Shown: piece after piece, positions 1-13,600 of the stretch
Position numbering within the stretch: the first letter of the stretch is position 1
How the letters are laid out: each line of letters begins with the position of its first letter
DNA from: Tubiluchus corallicola
Taxonomy: Eukaryota; Animalia; Priapulida
DNA length: 64,000 nt
Assembly: GCA_030141605.1 (NCBI GenBank)
Contig: JAQGDQ010000331.1
Span: 62,001-126,000, forward strand
Direction: 5' to 3'
Translations under genes and position numbers: made by a program
The notes under the pieces: model-generated
The model's input: the letters and a program-made list of their open reading frames with translations, nothing else
Databases searched by the model: none
Told to the model about the DNA's origin: nothing

Positions 1-942
1 ACACAAGATAATGTAGCATGTTGTAAGCAAAAAGTTGTCATAGTAAGTCTGTTTAAGTGACTGAACTAGACTAAATGGTTTAAGCAGATACACAATGTAA
101 TAGTGAAGTTTCTTATTGTGTGCTTGCTAGAAGCTTCTTATTTAGCAAATGCTGTTATGAAACATTCGTTGTGAAAGCGGGGTTGTGTCAATAATTTTTT
201 AATGTAATTTAATTGTTTTATTAATTATATATTAATTTAATAATTAATAATAATATAGTAAAGTTGGGAATCAGTAACCATAAAAGCATGATTTTAGTGA
301 GCTTATTATTGTTTTGAAATTATTGTCATCTTTTATAATGATTCAGCAGTAGAATTTGGTTGAAGATCTTGATTTGTCACAGACTCCCGAAAAATTATTT
401 GTTTTAGATAACACAGTAAAAGGATCAGATTAACTACAGAATCAAATAAAATCTTTTTATTAAAAGGAAAAGATTGATTGAATTTACAAATATGCTTTGG
501 CTTTTTCCGAAGTATAACTGGAATTCCTTGCCACCAAATGTTACTCATCATGCTCGTTCAGTTGCTCAGAAGGATTATATCGTTGATGGAAACTAGTACG
601 TGCATTTCTCTGATATTATTTTATTCTGAATTTTATTCAGAATCTACAAATTGTGTATATTTTGTGTAACTATAGTTGTGTAAACTCATAAGTAAATGTT
701 TAAAATTGTTCTCAATGTTATGTTAATTATTTAATTATGGTAATATGTACCGTTCTGTAGTGATAATAGTTTTCATTCTGTAGACAATGTGGGAAACAAC
801 TGTTCTCAGTCTTGGTTAAAGCGTTTTTCACAGTAGACAAAGAATCCAAAGTGACATCTTAAATAATTAATGCCTGTTCTATTCACTTATCTTTGGGATA
901 ATAATGATTCTTACATTCTACCTGGTAGTGTGAAGTGAGTGA

Positions 943-1020
943 GGGCCCATGTTCACAAACCATCACTAAATTAATGATATCGTTATCAATAGTTAACTGA
1001 TGGCTTTGCGAAACTAGCCT
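943..1020. repeat. Short imperfect palindrome, MITE-like
   Basis: ggcccatgttcacaaaccatcactaaattaatgata pairs imperfectly with tatcaatagttaactgatggctttgcgaaactagcct. Confidence 0.4.
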
Positions 1021-1709
1021 CAGCAAACATCAGGAATTTGTTAATGGTGATTTAACTAACCAGTGAGTGTATTTGACAGAAAAACAATTCTTCGTGTACA
1101 AGAATCGTTGGAAAGAATATGTCGAATATTTCAAATAGGAACGAAAAAAGAATTCTAAGGCAACTTTCTTAATACATAAACTTCATTTCTGTAATTACTT
1201 ACCTAAAATGTTCATGTGTGTTTTAAAGGAACAGCCTAAGAGTGACTAAAGGTTTAAAAGTTTGGTAGCACTGATTACACTTCTGGTTTCTGTTTTTTTC
1301 AAAGTTATATGATTATGGACTTTCTTGCTAAAAACACCAACAACTGCTCATATTAAAATTTATTATGTATGCAACAGTAGACCATTTAAACTTTAAAGCT
1401 TCCAAAATTATTTGTAAAAATATGATGATGAGCCTAATGTAATTTGCTTTGATATTTTTTGTAAAATGAGTATTTTAAATATTCTTTTCCACTCTTGTTT
1501 TTTTGTTAACTTTTCCATAATTTTATTTTAGAGTTTACTGTAGTCATGTGTGAAATACGTATACACTATTTGCAAAATATTGCAATTTTGTTATTATAGT
1601 AGTGAATACGATAAAAATAATAGATTAGTTGCATAAGTTATTTACCTATTTGTCCTAACTAATTTATATTGTTGTTTCCTTTTAATAGCATCTAGCTATT
1701 TTTACATAG

Positions 1710-4700
1710 GCCATGTATGAGGGGAATAGTGATACATTGCCTATTGACACTAAGGCAGTAAGGGTATCGATGGAAATGTCTCTTTTTGGGCGCACATTAG
1801 ATGATGATGTTTCAGACCTTGTCAAGCAGCGATATAAGGCAACTTATGTACCAAAGTGGAAACAATATAAAGTATTGGTTTTTATGTATGCTGTAGGTAT
1901 ACATTTATTATTTTAAATGTTTTGTTTCTGCAAATTAAAGAAGTATTGAATTTGTGTTTATGATGAGGTATTTTCTTTGACTATAAACTTGCTGCTATGT
2001 AGGAATGAGTTGTGTCATCATTTGTGCCTTGTAAGTTTTTTTAAGCGAGGCAACATGCTGTTTCCAACTTCTTTGTTTGATGAAACCATGAAAGGTAAGT
2101 ACTTTCCATTACAAATTTAGAGTAATTAAAATAAAGCAGCAGGCAATTTGCTGCAAAATTTGTATCTTGTGGAGAGACTTTTTTACAGGTAAGACATTAG
2201 GAAATTAGAGTTATGTTTGTATGAATATCAAAACATAAGGTCACACATTTCTAGTTGTTTATGTTATCGAAGTTTAATATCTGGTAAAATTTTTTTTGCT
2301 AACAACTGCAAAAAACTAATAATGAAAGAAATGAAATGTAGTTATTGGCAAGACTGTAATCTTAGTGAAAAATGAGATACTTTCAGTAAAACATTTGTAA
2401 AGTAACATTTTTTGAAGGCAGAACTTGGAACAACACTACAGTCAACATTAGAGTCAGTCATTTTGTGGCAATGCCATATAAAAGCCTTTGGCATATATTA
2501 TAATTTCAACTCTTATCACTTTAGTTGCACATGTCCACATTTTCAGTTAAACGACTAATAAAATGCAGTCACTATTTTTTTCAATTCCCATAAGTATATT
2601 TGAATTGTAATTGCCAGATGGTGGTTCCTTTTCACATAGGATTTCATTAAAAATAGTTTACATCTGAAACTGCAGCAGGTAAATTCTCTACAACAGCAAT
2701 TTTTACAGCAGCACAACGTACCTCTAATTTTTTATTACATTTACATGCATAGTCTTGTTTAGATTTAACACAGATAATTATATTCTTTGGTGTCCCCAGC
2801 TTCCCCTATCTGTGAATTTTTCTGTTTGACTGTCCTTGGCTAACATAGGTTTTTAAAGTTACTGCTACATTAGAGTATCACTTGGAGCGTTCTTATAACT
2901 CAGTGGGCATTAAAATTGTATATTAAAATATATATATATATATATATATATATGTTCTGATGTATACTAATCTGTATCTATTCATCCATACCAATTTTCA
3001 AACTTTTTGCTTCGTTTGTTCAAAACATATAGAAAATATGGCTGCTGTATATTTTGATCTGTTCGACATGTAGGTTAATTATCTAGTAGTCGTTTCATAT
3101 TATAAATGAATTTTTACATTTTACATTTATTATTAGATGACTTTAAAAGGCAAAGGTTCTGTAGTATCTGCCAAGAAACTTGTCTCTCAAATGCATCTTG
3201 ATGTAACTCATTCTGACTTCTGGAAGCTGTACAATGACCTGGAAGAACAGATAAGGATGGCTTTTTTCGTGAGTTAACTAATTTCTATGCAAGAAGTGTA
3301 ATAGAATGGAAAAAGTTTAGAACTCAGAGTGTAAAAAATTTTATTAAACAGGATAATCAGGCATAATGGTTTTCAGGTATACTTTATTTCCTAATGCAAT
3401 CATTTATCATAGTGCTTTAAAGTTGGTGGCTCAAGTGAAAGTGATGTCGATATTTGATACAGCAATTTTGAAATGAAGTTCGATTTGATATTTAACCTAA
3501 AAAATTTACATTTAATAGTTGATCAACAAGGATTGATACAGTGTAGGCTTGCTAACCTACAACCTAAGAGTAGGCAAAATAATATTATAATAAAACATTG
3601 CCAGCATTTTACAATTGCAACTACTTCTAAAAATATACCTCGGTCAAACAAAAATTAGTAATATTTTCTAGTATAACACTTAAAATTTCATTGCAAATCT
3701 TCTCTCAATGGCAGCCTAAGTTTCAACAGTCGGTCCAATATAGTTTTTAATATAAATATTTCTACAGTACTCTTTCATTATCATCCATTTTAAGATATTA
3801 GAGCATCATGCATTTTTCGGGTATGACATTACTATAATCATCTGGAAACTGCAGAGAAATAAGAAAAATCTGAATCTTTCAATCTTTATTACAGTCCGTA
3901 TGAAACAATGGTGTCTTAAGCGTTTTTGCAACTACGTTATATTTTTATTTCATTTCAGTCTCAAACGCATTTTTAAGAACAATTTAGATCACCAACTTGT
4001 ATAAGCCAGCAGGCCCACTGAAAGTTGGAATGCAGCCATGAGGTCCAAAAATAAATTTGTAGAGCAGTGAAACGTTTTAGATGGTTTTGGCAGAATCTGC
4101 ATAACAGCAGGATGAGACTGCAATTGCAAAATCAGTTGATTTTGATGGTAGTTTGTAGGTTTATAGAACGGGTGAGAAAGAAATATTGGGAGAAGAGTGA
4201 AGAGGGGGGCTACAAATCAATTTCACACGGACACATTTTCTTCCTCACAGCAGGTCTGAGCCTCACACGTCCTAAATTTCTATAATATATCATAACCTGT
4301 TGTAACTAGCCATTCTATTAATGCTGTGTTGTTAGTCATGTTTGCATAACTAGTTGATGAGTGACTTCTATTAGTTCCAAACGCTGTTTCACATTTTATG
4401 AGCAAAACATAATATAAGTGTGAAAGTGCCATATATACAAACATATACATAGAGGAAATTGTGCTTTTGTGAAAGTATTACACTATCAGTGGCAATATGG
4501 TTGCTTTAAGAGAGCAGATGTTACACAAAGTCCCTGTAGTTGACAATACTGATGAGCAACTGAGCACGATTTATCAATATGTTATCTACATGATGCCAAC
4601 ACAGCTCTAGCTACTTACTGTTTTTCTTTGATTTGAACTGTTGTTTATTTTGCACTTCAGTTTTTGCATCATTTACATAGGGCTACTCAAGGTGAGGGAA

Positions 4701-6317
4701 AATGCTGTTGAATACTTTAGTAAGAAAACAACCCTTTATTAGCTGTTTTATTCTTTTTTGTTTCTGAAAGACGACATGGAGCTTGTTTCACAACCGTCAG
4801 GGCCAGAATGAAAATGACTCAAGCTTATGTTTAACAAAATGCAAATTAACTTTCCAAATGTTCACGTTTAGAGGAAATGACTTGGTTTTGTTTGCAATAT
4901 ACAATGCAATAACCGCTTTTGTAGCTTTCCCATGCTAAGCTGTTTGGAATACTTTTTTTATGACAGGAGATTTTTTACTGCATAAAACATTCAAGACACT
5001 TGGAGAAAGTTTATAAATTTTTGCATTGATGACAGTAATCACAGGATAATGAGGAGGTTAATTACAGAGACCATCGTAGATTATGCAGTCTATTTTGCAC
5101 TCACTGTAAAACTTTTTGAACAGTTAACACCAATAAATCATCAACAATCAACTTATTCGTTTCAATACATTGTAGGTATGGAATAATCACATGATAGCTA
5201 CACAGGCTTCAGCAATGTTATCCAACTTTTTGAAAAGTATAATTTTGGGCAGTGAAATTGCAGGTACACTAGCTTTTGTGTTGCATGTTGTGTTGCCATA
5301 AGATTTTCGAGCATACTAAAAATGATGCAGTTAGCCTGTCGTGAAAAATAGTAAAAGATGCATACCATTATATTTTGTTGAATATAAATATGAATAGTAT
5401 ATTATTAGGGATTCTAGTTGAGAATTTTTTTTCAGGAGCAAAGTAATAAAAAGTACAAATTTTAGCAAAAATAACTTAATGTTTTTTTAATAGCTTTAAA
5501 TGTTTTTAAAAGCAGAGATATCTTTTAATTTCATTTGCAATGTTTTTTGTCTTGTTATTTGTAGATGCACGTAGTGTGATCATACTAACTCGGTGTTCGT
5601 GTACTGTATATGTACCTTTGTTAACTGCTGTCTGCATTGTCAAACTTTAATGCAGTGTGAAGAATAACTGCAAGTCTGAATGTAATAAGGTACATAGTTT
5701 TAAACCCATGTCTGGTACGACTCAAATCAGCTGTTTTGTAGAAAATCTGCAAAGAGCTGTTTAAATATAGTTCTGAGTAATTAATATTCAACTTTTGCAT
5801 TTGTATTTTATGTGTTTTGCTAGTGTTTCTATCTACATTAGCTGTCTGAAGTGAAATGGTATCTCATCTTTTCATGATTTCCTTCTCTGGTGTTGTAGTG
5901 AGAAAGATGATCTTGTGCTTCTTTTGTCAAGTTTTTACAGGTTTTACAAGAGGAAAGTTGTCTTGTTTCATGTCCCTATGTTTGCGTTTGGTTTTAGTAT
6001 GCCTTGTAATCTTCTGAGTGGTAAACATATTTATATTTGAGTTTCCAAGTTCCAACATTGACATTTACTTATAAGTGTAATCACAAGAAAAAAAGAGATT
6101 TGAGATGTAGACAAATGGTCACTTTTCCGACGACTATTAAGAATTATAGAAATTTCATTGAATAACAATTAGGAAGAAGAACATGATTGCCTGGCATTTC
6201 AGCTTGACACATTCCAGTTACATTGTTCATCCACCAAGTAGTGTATGGTCAGTCATTTTTCTTTCTTTCTGACAAAACATTTGGGAAGTATAATAGGGAA
6301 CATAAATAGATATTTTT

Positions 6318-6404
<87 letters not shown>

Positions 6405-9400
6405 TTCTTGATAAAAATATCTACTAAAAATTTTCAGATTTAACTGTATTAAAAAATCCAATTTTTACATGGAAAAGTTACTTTCTGAGTATTATCACTG
6501 CATATAAAACTGAAGTAAAGTGAACCATTCAGTGATTGATTTTGATAACATTTTAGGTTGGCCATTTTCACATGCTGATTTCGCGTCTTTCAGTTTTGTT
6601 GTCTGACTTTCTGAAAAGTCTTATTTTTGGCAGTAGAACAGCAGGTACACACATTTTATCACTTTAATTTTTGCCCTACAGTTTTGCATTTCGTCAAGTT
6701 TTTTTTGTTATGTAATTATGTCAGGTGCATGTTTCACACCACCTATAGCTGTCTGTGGCAGTAAGCAGTTAGCTAACAGGAGACAATTTAGTGAAAGTTA
6801 ACTGCTGTTGCACTATTTATCAGTTATGAAGTTTGGTGTATTAGTAGCCTTCTTTATGTCTGATTTTTGGCTCCCATGGGATTCTTGTGCTAAAGTTAAC
6901 TTTTTGATAAAAAAGTGTGACCTCCTCAGACCGAAAAAATTGTGTGTCATTTTAATTGCCTTGTTAAGGGAGCCCCGTTAAGGGCATTTTGGGGCGCCAT
7001 TTTCAATTTTGTTTCAGATCAGAGAAATGGCCCTTGTTGACTATGAAGACATCCTATAATCACAGGAAAGGGTATTTTATGATCCTGAATGCTAATTTAA
7101 TATTACTTTCTTTGTAACGATGGAATTATTTTCATTATTGTCATTTCAAGCATTGGAATAAAAGATCCTGGGTAAGAGTTAAGTATTTGCTGTAAACTGT
7201 TAAGTGATTTGGCTGTTGTTGTGCCATTCTCTGGTCTTTGAAAAATCATGAAATCACCCATTTGGGTAACTAGGTCCGTTATCTCAGTAAAACCAATAGT
7301 ACATTTGCATTTGGCATGGCAAAAAACATTTTCCTGCAATATTTAGAATTTTGTGCTTAATTTTACGATTTGCCTTATTTCAGTTCCCAGAAGACCCCAG
7401 AAGACCCTATAAAATGACCCGTCTGGGCAAGTAGTTCCATCCACACAGAAGAACTAAATTCATATTTGCACTCAGCACTCTAAAATATGCCATCCCAGAA
7501 GTTTTCGGATTTGTGCAGTCAATATTACAGCCTGCTGTACTTCCAGACCCACAGAACCCTAAAATGGCTTACCCGGCATCCGGGTCAGCTCGTACAGAAA
7601 AACTAATACCAGATTCGCAGTCAGCACTGCCCCTTGATTGAGTACCCGGGCTTGACTGAGTACCCGGCCTTGACTGAGTACCCAGCCTTCATTAAAAACT
7701 TGCTAATGCAATGGGGGAAGAAAGCAACGGGCCAACAAACTTGTAAAACCCGTTGTTTCATAATTCTCAGGTTTACTTAATCAATAGTGTGGCATATCTC
7801 TGATCGATCTGGACCCAGAATGCCCTGAAATGCCCCTATTTCATTAAGTCATTATTAGAAAAAGTCACACCCAACCTTCTCACACTCTCTAGAGGGAACT
7901 GAATCCATTTAAGCAAAAAAATCTATTTTAGCAGAAAATCTCACGGGATGACATCATGGCCCCTACTATATGCATGTATTAGTGAGACAATGGTTGCTAT
8001 TGGATTAAATGAAGAAAGTTGGGTAATGGTTTGCAAGTGAAAAAAGGCTTGTGAGTGAAACCCTGGAATGACAGTGTTTTGATGTCTAAGTTGCTCAAGC
8101 TTATTAGTGTCTAGATTATAATACAATGTATGTAAATAATATTAATTTTGTAAAAGTTTTATTAGCTTTTGTCCCTCATGGACTTCATCAGTTGTACAGA
8201 GAGACATGAAATATGCAAGGGACAAAAGTTTCTGAGAAAAATAGAGAATTTTTTTATACTTCATGGGCTTTTTGACTTCTTTTATGGTTATGACCATGGC
8301 AAGTCTCAGAAGAGCACTACCTTATTGTAAAGTTTTTGCTTGTTTGACAAGTTGGTTGTTTGGCTTAAATATTGTTGGTTTTGGAAAACAGTAATGCTCT
8401 AAACAGGGAAGGTTTAACAGCGTTTGTTTTTAAAATTTAGGGGATTGATCTTTGTGGCACATTTGTTTTTTGGTTGTCTGTTACTGACCTTTGGCTTTGG
8501 ATACTTTAGAGCAAACTCAAAAGCCTTGAACATTAACTTAATTCTGCTTTGGAAATGCTTATTGTTTGTTTATTACATCACTAGTTTTATATACCGTTAC
8601 TGCTTCTGAAAAGGTTTTTTGAATTTTTCATGAGGATTTGTAATTATTGAACGATCACCTTGCAGAATAAAGTATGCACTATCTGTGGTGAATTTTTCTT
8701 TGCTCTGTTGTGGAAATCAGGCATACTTTTTTAAAAATTGGCATATTGCATTCCAATTATAGAAGTGTATTTAATTGCTTCCAAGTGTATGATGTTTAGA
8801 ACATTGCGAAAGTTTGTTCAGAAATTCACAAGCAGATAATGCAGTTCTTTTCTTTTTGTACTTTTTCAACTTTTCAAGGCATGATTATAAATAAGTGATC
8901 TTGGCATATTTTTGTAACTAGCAGACTGCAAAAGTTGTATGTTTAATGATATTGGGGGGGGGGGGGGGTTAGGTTAACTGATGCCACTCTGAGAATGCAG
9001 CAGACAAAGTCAGAAGAAACTGTCAGCAAATGAGTATTCCTACGTAATTTCTTGGTTTTATAGTTAAGTGACTTCAGAAAGTCTAGGGAAATTAAAAAAA
9101 ATGAAAATAGAAAGTGGGATATTTTGTTACAAAACAAGCATAACTCTGAAAGATACTATTTCATTAACTTTATAAATGAATATATTTTATGAAAGTTTCA
9201 TTGTAAGAGAATATTCATGTAGTCAGTAATAATTGTAGGTGTGTGTTGGTTTTAGGTGTGGGAGCGGCATATGATGGCTTCACATGCCTCAGCGGGAATG
9301 TCAAATATTGTGAGAACTGCCATAGCGGGTAGCCAGACTGCAGGTATCTAGTGACTGATTTTTAGCTGGTCCTTCACAAACATCTAAGTTTCCAGTTTTT

Positions 9401-10648
9401 AATTGCTGATGTGATGTTAGTACATAGGGCAATTTTCTCTCTGCTTCTTCCCACTCCCATATTTCATGTTTTCAAAACAAGTTCTAATGGTCAGAGCATA
9501 TCAGTTTAAATCTAAATTAAATCTTTGTGTTCGCCTCAAAGAAAACTTGAATTTATAAACCTGTGCCAATGGCTAATCATGTGACAGAATGTGAAAATTT
9601 CCATGCTTGTTTTCAAGTTCAGTGATTGACTTGTAAATGTCTTTTTTACATTTCGTATTCTTATATTACTCAGACAGAACTACTGTTGTCAATTAACAGT
9701 GATTGAATAAGGAAGTTTTCATGTTTGCTTTCATTTTCAATAATTATTTAATCTTTGGTATGTTCTTTACTGAAAAAAAGTAATGTGCAAGTGTAAGGCC
9801 AATGGCTAATCATTTGATAGAATAAAGAAGAAAGTTTTCGTGATTGTTTTTAAGTTTAATGGTTTCTCTTACTCAGTTTTGGATTCGTACATAATTCGTA
9901 CATAAATTTCTGCTGGTTGATTAACCTATGAGGGTGTTGTATGTCTAATGTGGCTCATTAAAGTGTGTGCAGCTAGACATTGGACAGTATGGACTATAAT
10001 CAAAACTTGTAATGCTGTGAGATTTTTCTTAGGCTTTTTAGCACTTTTGAATTGTTTCTGTTTTGGCTTTTGTTGGTCGTGTTATAGATTTAAATATATT
10101 TTTCTTTCTGGGACCCTGTAGTTGTTTCCGTACATGATCTTTTGCTTCTCTGCTTTTGCTATTACAATCAGGTTCATGTCACCAGTGTTAATTATTAGCT
10201 TTTATAAACGCTATCTAAACGAAGTAACGTTGCTATAAACTTTGTATAAAGGAGTAAGAGCGCAGATAATGTCTAGGAACAATCAAGCAAATGATAAAGA
10301 AATGTCAGGTGGTAAGTAGGCAGGAGAGAGTCTATTTAATACCTGCTGAAAGAGAAGAGGAACTTTGTGATATGAAAATATGCATAGAACAAAACATAAT
10401 GAGTAGGGGAAAGGAATGGAGGATGAAGAAGAGTAAAAAAGATGTGTGACGGTGCATTGTTTTTAAAGAAAAAGCAAATATGTCTGTCTTGCTTGATAGA
10501 AGATATAACTAAAATTTACTTTGCACCTATAGAATTCCTATTTGAATAGCAAAAGTGCAGTTAAATGAAAGTGCCTAGCAAAGAATATAGCATATTATTT
10601 CTTTCCTCTGTTATTGATTGTGTGTGCATGTGTGAGGGGGTGTGTGTG

Positions 10649-10687
<39 letters not shown>

Positions 10688-13600
10688 ACGCATGCGCGTG
10701 TGCATGTGCGTGTGTGTGTGTGTGTGTGTTTTGCATGATGGCTAATGCTATATTGTGACTTATTCTGTAAGTTAACACATTGTGATGTCAGCCATGTAAT
10801 TGTAGCAATATTACAATTGCATTGTGTCTTCAATGTTTTAATAGACATATTTAGTATCTCATTATGTAGAATCTATAAAAGGAACTTGAGATGTAAAATA
10901 TTATAAAAAACGTGATATTTCAGCCATCATAATGCAAGTCATCATCAGATGTCATAAGAAAGTTTAAAAAAAAAATAAAACGTAAAATTTAGAATAACAT
11001 CATAAATTAATTCTTTATATTAACATTTTAGTTTTACGCACTCTGTTTTTGGGTTAATTTCTTGCCATGTAACTTTATAAACTGATCTTTTTTGCCCTGG
11101 AGGTGGTTTCATTCCCGTGCTCATTGTTTACATGATGTTTTCAGCTAGTTTTTATATTATAAAGTCACAATAGAGTAACTATGTATTCTAACTTTTTATG
11201 ATAAAGCAGATTGACAATAGTAAATGGTTACGTAACATGTTCACAAAATGGAGTTCATGAGAATGCTAAATGGTGTTCCAAAGGACATATCTAACCATTT
11301 GCTGAGAGAAACACAATAAGCATGTAGCTCAATGCTTTGAGTACCAGACTAGTTTAAAAAATAACTTGCTATAACATCTGCTTCCATTTAGGGGATTGAA
11401 ATATCATGTTGTTTTTTAATATATATTCTACATTTCATTTGCTTTTATACTTATTGTTTGTTAACAGTAATTTGTTTAAGTTCTTTTTGTGTTTCCAAAG
11501 TTGAAAATATGAGATATTGTGTAGTTTTAGCTGTGTGTAGCTATATAGTTATATACTGCGTAGCTATTTTATCTTTGGTTATAGTTTTCACAAATATTCT
11601 TTAAATTACATAAATTCCTGTAATGTTTCATAAATTTACATTCCAATATTGCATCAATTTTTATGGTTTCTATTTATTTTGTCTGACATTCTAGTCCATT
11701 TTTTTTTCATTTTTGCTAGAAATAAATGCAGATGTTATGGCTGATGTTGCTATGATTCTTTCCTCATGCCCAGATGTGCTTAGTGCTGATGTTCCTGCAG
11801 CACTGAAGGTAAAAATTTCTAAAATTCTCCTTAGGTATGTCTAAATTTCATTTTTAGATGCTTTTTTTGTTTTTAATAGTAATATTAAAAAAACTTATTA
11901 ATAATATTTAGCTGTGTTTTTCTTTGTAGGGATTGGCATTAGATATTGTAGAATCAGGACATGATGCTCATTTTCGTTCAATGTCACCTGAGGTAAGAGT
12001 ATAGATACATTTATTTATTTGGTGTTTTTCTGCTTATGTAAAATAAGACAGCTTATCCATGTAAATGGTATTAAAAGATATCACTTATTTTTACAGAAAG
12101 CTACTGAATGGCTTCATAGTAGTGAAAGCGGTGAATTGAAAGACAAGTTTGCAAATTTCATAGAAATTCATGGTCACAGATGCATAAGAGAGGTTTGATT
12201 TTTTATCCAGTTTGAATAATGATTCATTAATTTTTCTTAAAATGCATTAACATCTGGACAGAATTTAAGAACTATTTGTGGCTTTTTTGTGAAAAGTAAT
12301 ACATTGAGTGAGGTATTACAGCTCAAATAAAGTATCACCATTATTCTCTGTGATTTTGTTTTAGGCCGAGTTATGGGAAAAACCTTGGCGCGTGGTTCCC
12401 GAGAAAGTTGTTAGAACTTTACAGGTAAACTTTTATGTACAAATCTCTCTAGACAAGGTCAGTGACTACCCTGTTGAAGTGCTACAGTTAGAGTGCAAAC
12501 AAAAAAATAAAATGATTAATTTTCTCATGATAGCAAGCATCTTTTCGTATTTTTCTTGGAGCATAATGGCGTTACAGTCAATGAAAAAACTATTTTTGAT
12601 AAAGAATTCAACAGTTAGCAAAACTGAAACAGGATTTACAGTTGATGAGCAAAAGATTGCATGGTAGGCCCAAATCAGACACTGCCAAACTAACAACATG
12701 ATTTTGCAATCTGACATATATGTGTCATTTTATGGCAGCAGTGCAAATGTGAATGCAGTGTTCCAGTGCAAGTTTGGATAATTGATTTATAGAAATGAAG
12801 ATAATATCAGGAGTTAAATATACAGCACTGCAGCAATCTTATATTTATTAAATATTAGTGTAGTATTTATTGTGTATTAATGTAATTACTTCTGTAAAAC
12901 ATTCAATAGACTTGGCTGATATTAAGAAATAAAACTTCTGTTCTGATATAACATCTATATTGATGTTATGGCTACAAGACAAGTTTTTGATTTGGAAATA
13001 ATAGACTGGCATAATTACTGCTGTTAATGTTATCACATTTGAATAAAAGTGATTGTACTATGATAGATTCCTTATGTTGTCATTTTTACAATAGCTGTAT
13101 TAAGTATATGCATTATTTATTTTGCAAGTATGCAAACTAAACTAAATATGTGGCATCATCTATGTGTCATCTTTGTGTTATGTAATGTAGCTGTATCACT
13201 AATGTTTCAATGAATTGCCACCATAAAATATTAAAGTTTTACTCAAGTTTGCAAAACCAGAATGTAACCAGACACCTAATATTTTGGCCATTTTGTTAGA
13301 TGCAGATGAAAGATAATGCAAAATTCGTCTCATTGCATGTATAGCTTAACATCAATGTGTTTTAGGTTTTTTACATGATGTAAATAACATCAGCAAGTAT
13401 GCACATTTATTTTATAATTTAACTTCTTGCATTTACTTACGTTATACAATTAGTGTGGTGAATTTTAGGAAATGACAAGAGATCCAAGCCACTTGAAGCA
13501 GAAAAAGACGATTTTAAATGAAGCAGAGGCATTAGCTGCCATCAAAACTCCAGTCGGCAGAATAGCAAAGTAATGAAAGTTGATAAGGTTGACTAGTTTT

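Noticed and set aside
467-595. Exon-like open stretch KRLIEFTNMLWLFPKYNWNSLPPNVTHHARSVAQKDYIVDGN
   Set aside because: Phase 2/2 ends do not fit the phase-0 acceptor at 1710, and it shows no similarity to the matching paralog 2 exons.
2003-2094. Cryptic exon with a perfect AAG|gtaagt donor
   Set aside because: A 92-nt exon between phase-0 junctions gives an immediate stop (GAA TGA), and there is no paralog counterpart. It could at most be a poison exon, which is unsupported.
6243-6310. Faint resemblance to exon A (gtatgg...aagtataat)
   Set aside because: Wrong length, no splice sites, and similarity is at chance level for AT-rich DNA.
7632-7689. Short direct repeats as a possible CRISPR array
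   Set aside because: Contiguous 18-bp tandem units with no spacers, in a eukaryotic intron.
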